Virus record (IMG/VR): IMGVR_UViG_3300026484_000007
Location: 208,603-272,602 of that record
DNA: 64,000 nucleotides
Direction: 5' to 3' (one strand)
The translations under genes and the position numbers were made by a program. Each line of letters begins with the position of its first letter. Position 1 is the stretch's first letter. The notes beneath the pieces were generated by a model. It was given only the letters and a program-made list of their open reading frames with translations. It did not search any database and was not told the DNA's origin. This document shows positions 58,733-64,000 of this stretch, in pieces.

Positions 58733-59657
58733 ATTGATAAGATTTTCTGATCATTTAGCTCAGCCAATAAAACCCAAAATAAATATCAGCACCGTTGTTA
58801 CATATCAATGTTCTCTTAATTGTCCGTATTGTAATCAAAAAATAGATAGAAATAATATTTTAAAATCAAAAAAAGATTTTAAATTAATTAATTTAATTCT
58901 TTATGAAAAAGTATTACAAAAAATGTTTGATGAATTTTTAAGAAATAAAAATATCAATTTAAACGATTTTAATGTTGCTTTTAATATTTTAGGAGGAGAA
59001 TTATCAGAATTGCCTTTAAATTATAATATCGAATTAATTAACATTCATCAGAGAATTATTAAAAAATATAATCTAAACGTCGAAATAACATGGTTATCAA
59101 ATTTTACTCAAAATAATAATTATTTTAAAAAGATATTCGATGAGTTAAATAATTTTAATCATAAAGAAAATGATAAAATATATAATTTTGAATTATTATT
59201 TAGCATTCATGGGGAATATTTAAAAAATCATTCAAAAGAAAAAATAAAAGATAAATTTATTGATTTATTTAAATACAAGAATATTAACGAACATACATGT
59301 ATTAAAATATTTGGAAAACATCTCAGCAAATACTTTATAAATGAACTTCATAAAAATCATAATTTTAATAATTCTTTTGAAATTGGAGATTTAAATTTTC
59401 TATCTTACTCAAGACAATTTAAAAATAATTATGATTTAATTAGACCGGTTAAATGTTATAATTTTAATTATGATATAACGCCTGACTTATCAATTATTAA
59501 TCAATGTAATAAAGATCCCGAAGGGAAAACTATAAGAATGAATTATTTTAATTTTAAATGCAATGATATTAAAAAATGTAATAAAAAATGCCCGATAGGG
59601 GATTTTGAATTCAATGTTTATAAAAAGGTTATGAAAAAGGATAATGAAAATGAATAA
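58689..59657 (+). CDS. radical SAM protein (paralog of preceding gene)
   Basis: CSLNCPYC, LGGELS, SNFT, RPVKC. Confidence 0.88.
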   Translation: MKSNKTLIKDIYKNKLIRFSDHLAQPIKPKINISTVVTYQCSLNCPYCNQKIDRNNILKSKKDFKLINLILYEKVLQKMFDEFLRNKNINLNDFNVAFNILGGELSELPLNYNIELINIHQRIIKKYNLNVEITWLSNFTQNNNYFKKIFDELNNFNHKENDKIYNFELLFSIHGEYLKNHSKEKIKDKFIDLFKYKNINEHTCIKIFGKHLSKYFINELHKNHNFNNSFEIGDLNFLSYSRQFKNNYDLIRPVKCYNFNYDITPDLSIINQCNKDPEGKTIRMNYFNFKCNDIKKCNKKCPIGDFEFNVYKKVMKKDNENE

Positions 59658-60579
59658 AATTAATTTGAGCAAAAATGATAAAATATTTAATTTTATTGAT
59701 AATAAAAATACTATTTATTTAACATATTCCCCCGCTAAAGATGAATACGAAAGAATTTGTGGACATACTTTCGAAGTAATGGATTATTATCTTTTATTAA
59801 AAGATAATGGTTACAATGCAAAAATATTGATTTTTGATAAATTTAAAAATAAAAATAAATTATTTAACGCATGGGAAGATAAATACGTTTTGGATGATTA
59901 TCCAAATTATAAAAAAGATGTAATATTTAAAAATATTAATTTTAATTCTATAAATAGATTATATATTCCTGGATATTTAATTATTACTTCTGGAATTGAT
60001 ATTTTTTGGGACCAAATATTTAAAACATTGACTAAAAAAATAATTTCTTTTCAATGCGAAGAATTTGATTATTCTGAGTATTTAAAATTTAAAAATTTTT
60101 ATTTGCTTAGAGATGAAAGAATTTATCAAAATAAAAATTCTTCAGAAAAGACATTTAATTATCTTAAAAAAATATATTTTAAAAGATATAAAAAAATAAA
60201 TAATATAAAAACCAAAAAAACACTTGTATATGTAAATTCAAAATTAAAAGATTTATCAGAGGATCAAATACGATTTTTCATTAAAAACTACAAAATCGAA
60301 AATATATTATTTATATCTGGAACTATACTTACCAAAGAACAAGAGCAAAAATATTTAAAATATGGTGAATTAAAATATGCTCCAGTTGAAAATTTATTTG
60401 ATCAATTCGATAATTATTTAGTAACTCCTAATACAAGGAACTTCGATTGTAGTCCAAGATTCGTAGCGGAATGTAAATTTTATAATAAAGAAATATTCGT
60501 TCCTTTTAATCCAAAAGAAGATTTAGGTTTTTATTGGAGATGGTATGATATAAAAATTGATCGAAAAATTTTATTTTAA
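59644..60579 (+). CDS. glycosyltransferase-like protein, paralog of 55160-55945
   Basis: GHTFEVMDY, AWEDKY, PRFVAECKFYNKEI. Confidence 0.4.
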   Translation: MKMNKINLSKNDKIFNFIDNKNTIYLTYSPAKDEYERICGHTFEVMDYYLLLKDNGYNAKILIFDKFKNKNKLFNAWEDKYVLDDYPNYKKDVIFKNINFNSINRLYIPGYLIITSGIDIFWDQIFKTLTKKIISFQCEEFDYSEYLKFKNFYLLRDERIYQNKNSSEKTFNYLKKIYFKRYKKINNIKTKKTLVYVNSKLKDLSEDQIRFFIKNYKIENILFISGTILTKEQEQKYLKYGELKYAPVENLFDQFDNYLVTPNTRNFDCSPRFVAECKFYNKEIFVPFNPKEDLGFYWRWYDIKIDRKILF

Positions 60580-60617
60580 AAATAATTTTTTTTACTAGAA
60601 TTATCAAAAGGAATAAT

Positions 60618-61622
60618 ATGGATAAAATTTTAACTTTAGAAAATATTAAAGCATTAGAAATCGGTTTAAATAATACATGCAATCTTGCTTGCCCAATGTG
60701 CACGAGACAAGAATTGAAATCAAAAGTAAAAAATTTATTAAATAACTGTGAACTCAATTTAGATATTCTGAAAAAAAGGATAAATGAATTAAATATTGAA
60801 AGAATAGAGATCGTTGGTTCAATAGGAGAACCATTATTTTATTCTTCTATTTTTAATTTAATTGAATTTTTAAATGAAAAGAATATAAGAATAATTATTA
60901 GTACTAATGGTTCTATTAAAAATTTTAATTTTGAAAAGCTTGGAAGATTATTAAAAGAAAATGATATAATTAGATTTCCTATGGATGGAACTTTTGAAAC
61001 TCATTCAATTTATAGAAAAAATAGTGACTTAAACTTAGTATTAAATAATATAAAAAAATTAAAAAAAGAAACTAAAGCTACAATAATTCTTCAAACTATT
61101 ATATTTAAATATAATGAAAATCAATTAGATGAAATTTTTAAAATATTTAAAGAATCAGAAGCTGATTTATTTGAACTTACTCATACAGGGTATTCCGAAT
61201 ATTTAGATGATCAAGTTAGACCAGTTGATGAATTATTAAAATTATATAAAAAAAACGATAAGATCGCCAATGAGAAAAAAAATATTATAAACTGCGAAGC
61301 GATAAAAGATAAAAAAATTTATCTTAATTGTTTTGGATATTTTTTACCATGCGAAAATCTTGATGAATATGTATTTTTGCATAAAGATGATATTCATTCT
61401 TGCTCGGAAGCTAATCTTAATAAATTATTTTATCAAAATAATATGCAAGAAATAATTAAAGAAATTAATTCTATAATAAAAAATAAACAGAATTTCGTAG
61501 AATGCCATCAATCTTGCGGATTATTTAATAATATAATTAGAAAAAAATTTGATGTTTTCCAATTTACAAAAAACGGTGAAAAATATAAATTAAAAAAATA
61601 TAGATTATTATATAATGATTAA
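60618..61622 (+). CDS. radical SAM protein (twitch/SPASM-like tail)
   Basis: CNLACPMC, GSIGEP, STNG, MDG, PC..C...C. Confidence 0.9.
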   Translation: MDKILTLENIKALEIGLNNTCNLACPMCTRQELKSKVKNLLNNCELNLDILKKRINELNIERIEIVGSIGEPLFYSSIFNLIEFLNEKNIRIIISTNGSIKNFNFEKLGRLLKENDIIRFPMDGTFETHSIYRKNSDLNLVLNNIKKLKKETKATIILQTIIFKYNENQLDEIFKIFKESEADLFELTHTGYSEYLDDQVRPVDELLKLYKKNDKIANEKKNIINCEAIKDKKIYLNCFGYFLPCENLDEYVFLHKDDIHSCSEANLNKLFYQNNMQEIIKEINSIIKNKQNFVECHQSCGLFNNIIRKKFDVFQFTKNGEKYKLKKYRLLYND

Positions 61623-61690
61623 TAAATAATTATAAATAATTATAAATAATTATAAATAATTATAAATAATTATAAATAATTATAAATAAT
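61621..61690. repeat. tandem repeat (TATAAATAAT)x7
   Basis: Direct reading. Confidence 0.95.
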
Positions 61691-61704
61691 TAATGGGAGA
61701 TATT

Positions 61705-62787
61705 ATGGTAATTAATGAATTTGGTAAACTTAAAGAAGTAATAGTTGGTCGCGAATTAAAAGTATCTAAACGCGCTCTAGATTTATCTTTTAAAGTTCTT
61801 TATAGTAAAATTATGAAAGATAAAGAATGGGATGAATTTGAAGAATATAAAATTTCTCAAAAATTTATCGATGAAAGAAATGAAGATTTAGATAATTTTG
61901 CTAAACTTTTAGAAAATATGGGGGTTAATGTTATTCGTCCAGAAAAACAAACCGATATGAAAAAAATAAAAACCCCTTATTTTGAATCTTTAGATCTAAC
62001 ATCCTCTAATGTAAGAGATTTGACTTTAGTGTATAAAGATGCTATTTTTGAATTTCCCCCTATTTATAGAGGAAGATATTTTGAACATCATTATCTTTAT
62101 AATTATTTTAAAAAGAAAATGTATAAAGATAATTATTTATGGATTAAAGCACCATTAAATAGATTAATGGATGATAGTATCGATTATCTTGATTGGGATG
62201 AAAAAAGAAATTTTGAAAATTTTAATATAGATAAATATGATATAGCAATTGATGCTGCTCAATATTTAAAAATTAATGATATTTTATTATGCAATTATAG
62301 TCTTTATAATCATAAATTAGGAACTAAATGGTTTGAATTAAATTTTAAAAGATTATTTCCTGATACAAAAATAATTTATACTAAAGCATTAATTGATAAT
62401 CATTTAGATGGAAATATTATACCTTTAAGAGAAGGTGTTTTGCTTATAAATGATTATAATTTATATAAACCTATAGAATATTATTTACCTAATGAATTTA
62501 AAAAATGGAAATTAATAAAAATTAATAATGATAGAATGTCTTCTGATCAAATAAAAAAATATTTAGATTATTATACAAGTATTCCTCAAATAGCTTCCTT
62601 GAGAGGAATGGATATTAACGTTCTTAGTTATGATAGAAATACTGTATTCGTGAATAAAGATAGCATGAATGTTATTAAAGCTTTGGAAAAAGAAAAGTTC
62701 GATGTTATTCCAGTACAACTTAGGCATTCTGAGATATTTGGTGGAGGTTTACATTGCGTAACATTAGATGTCAATCGTGAAGAGTAA
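61705..62787 (+). CDS. amidinotransferase (glycine/inosamine-phosphate amidinotransferase family)
   Basis: NEFGKLKEVIVGR, VRD, DAA, HLD, GGGLHCVTLD (Asp-His-Cys triad). GGGAGA RBS favours ATG 61705. Confidence 0.92.
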   Translation: MVINEFGKLKEVIVGRELKVSKRALDLSFKVLYSKIMKDKEWDEFEEYKISQKFIDERNEDLDNFAKLLENMGVNVIRPEKQTDMKKIKTPYFESLDLTSSNVRDLTLVYKDAIFEFPPIYRGRYFEHHYLYNYFKKKMYKDNYLWIKAPLNRLMDDSIDYLDWDEKRNFENFNIDKYDIAIDAAQYLKINDILLCNYSLYNHKLGTKWFELNFKRLFPDTKIIYTKALIDNHLDGNIIPLREGVLLINDYNLYKPIEYYLPNEFKKWKLIKINNDRMSSDQIKKYLDYYTSIPQIASLRGMDINVLSYDRNTVFVNKDSMNVIKALEKEKFDVIPVQLRHSEIFGGGLHCVTLDVNREE

Positions 62788-62855
62788 AAGAGTAAAAAGA
62801 GTAAAGAAAAGCAAATATAAAAAAATATAAAAAAAATAAAAATAAAAGGATTATT

Positions 62856-63671
62856 ATGCTAAATATAGAAAAAAAATTAAATGATTTAAAAGAAAGTTAT
62901 TATGATAAAATAATTTTAAAAAATTCTGAAATCTTTAAAAAAAATAATTTAAATCCTCATGATATAAAGATAACCAATAAAGTTATTTATATTCCTTTTA
63001 CCTACTGCGAATTTTTTCCAGTATATGAAATTAAAAACACGAAAGAAAAATTTGTTTTAAAATACGAATTTGAAGAATATAAAGAAATTTTAAAACAAGA
63101 ACTTGAAATATACATAAAGATTTTTGAAAAATTTAAAAACGATTTAAAAGAATCAAATATTAATATAAAAACGGAATTTTATAATATTGATTATTATAAA
63201 GATTATTTAGAAAATTATAAAATTTTTAAAAAAAATGATAAAGATTTATTATATATTCCATCGATAAAAAAAGATGAAAAAATAAAATATCTTAAAATTT
63301 TTAATTTTAAAAATCTAAATTTATTATATAAAGAATATGTTGGAACGAATTTTATTTATTTAGATTGGTACGATCTTGATCAAAAATTTACTTTAAAAAC
63401 TATTAATTTATTTGATCTTCTTAGTTTTGAATTTATTTATCCTCTTAAAAAATTAAATATTGATTTATTTTTATTTTATTACTATCTAGTAATTATTAGA
63501 AAATTCAATATATTTGAAGATAAAAATTTATCAAGTGAAAAATTTTGTAAAAGAATAATAGAATTTGAAAATTTTTTTACCGATATTAATGATTTTATAT
63601 TCAAAACACCTCAATTCAAAATATTTTTATCAAAAATAAAAAAATTTAAAGAGGAAAACGATGATTTATAA
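62856..63671 (+). CDS. hypothetical protein
   Basis: 271 aa with RBS. Confidence 0.7.
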   Translation: MLNIEKKLNDLKESYYDKIILKNSEIFKKNNLNPHDIKITNKVIYIPFTYCEFFPVYEIKNTKEKFVLKYEFEEYKEILKQELEIYIKIFEKFKNDLKESNINIKTEFYNIDYYKDYLENYKIFKKNDKDLLYIPSIKKDEKIKYLKIFNFKNLNLLYKEYVGTNFIYLDWYDLDQKFTLKTINLFDLLSFEFIYPLKKLNIDLFLFYYYLVIIRKFNIFEDKNLSSEKFCKRIIEFENFFTDINDFIFKTPQFKIFLSKIKKFKEENDDL

Positions 63672-64000
63672 TATTAAATTTGAAGATATAAAAACATTTG
63701 AAATAAATTTAGTCAATGCATGTAATCTTAAATGTCCTCTTTGTCTTAGACAATCTAATGATTTTAAAAACAGCTTATATAATAATAAAAGAAATGAAAT
63801 AGATTTTAATGATTTAATAACTTTTTTAGATAAACTTCCTAATTTAAAAAGAGCGATTCTGATGGGAGCTACATCAGAACCAACTCTTTATTCCAAGTTT
63901 TTTGATTTTATTAAATACTTAAAATCAAGAGATATTGTTCTGAGAATTAGTACTAATGGTAGTACTCATAATCCTAAATGGTGGACTGAGTTAGGTCAAT
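63661..64000 (+). CDS. radical SAM protein, truncated by window end
   Basis: Translated by hand: MIYNIKFEDIKTFEINLVNACNLKCPLCLRQ...MGATSEP...STNGS. Confidence 0.88.
   Translation, partial: MIYNIKFEDIKTFEINLVNACNLKCPLCLRQSNDFKNSLYNNKRNEIDFNDLITFLDKLPNLKRAILMGATSEPTLYSKFFDFIKYLKSRDIVLRISTNGSTHNPKWWTELGQ

Noticed and set aside
3284-60757. Short alternative-frame and antisense ORFs in the track (e.g. 3284, 4157, 12055, 25017, 35243, 42916, 52244)
   Set aside because: Fully nested in well-supported genes, no RBS, and composition typical of shadows of AT-rich or repetitive coding sequence
1-64000. Stop-codon reassignment as seen in some jumbo phages
   Set aside because: Conserved genes (nrdA, nrdB, RNAP, portal) are intact under the standard code and coding density is high

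Overview
Very AT-rich, densely coded, almost entirely + strand segment of a large (jumbo-type) tailed phage genome. The host is probably a Campylobacterota bacterium, which is an inference from a host-like secreted protein and the radical-SAM/amidinotransferase cluster. Layout: (1) 1-6.5 kb nucleic-acid metabolism (AAA/NadR-like kinase fragment, RNase HI, hemerythrin-like protein, class Ia NrdAB). (2) 6.5-8.7 kb a non-coding RNA hotspot: a ~385-nt long-range-paired RNA carrying a circularly permuted tRNA-like domain and a 12 x 7-nt array, followed by three GC-rich multi-hairpin cassettes, one of which displays the 16S anti-Shine-Dalgarno sequence (or its complement) in a loop. (3) 8.8-22.5 kb a fragmented multisubunit RNA polymerase (three beta' pieces, two beta pieces) interleaved with glycine-zipper/EF-hand proteins; the beta' N-piece stops in the middle of the catalytic NADFDGD-equivalent motif. 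(4) 23-49 kb T4-like morphogenesis genes (portal, gp53-like wedge, probable tape measure, tail fibres, holin) including a GGGAAAG -1 frameshift gene. (5) 49.5-64 kb eight radical-SAM genes, a Cys-rich candidate substrate, duplicated glycosyltransferase-like genes and an amidinotransferase. Three dispersed DNA motifs recur across the window: a GATC-N7-GATC palindrome (dozens of copies, many inside genes), a terminator tail TTTTTTGTCRTTAG, and a ~140-bp palindromic intergenic element (7 copies). All protein calls come from motif recognition by eye; no database searches were run.
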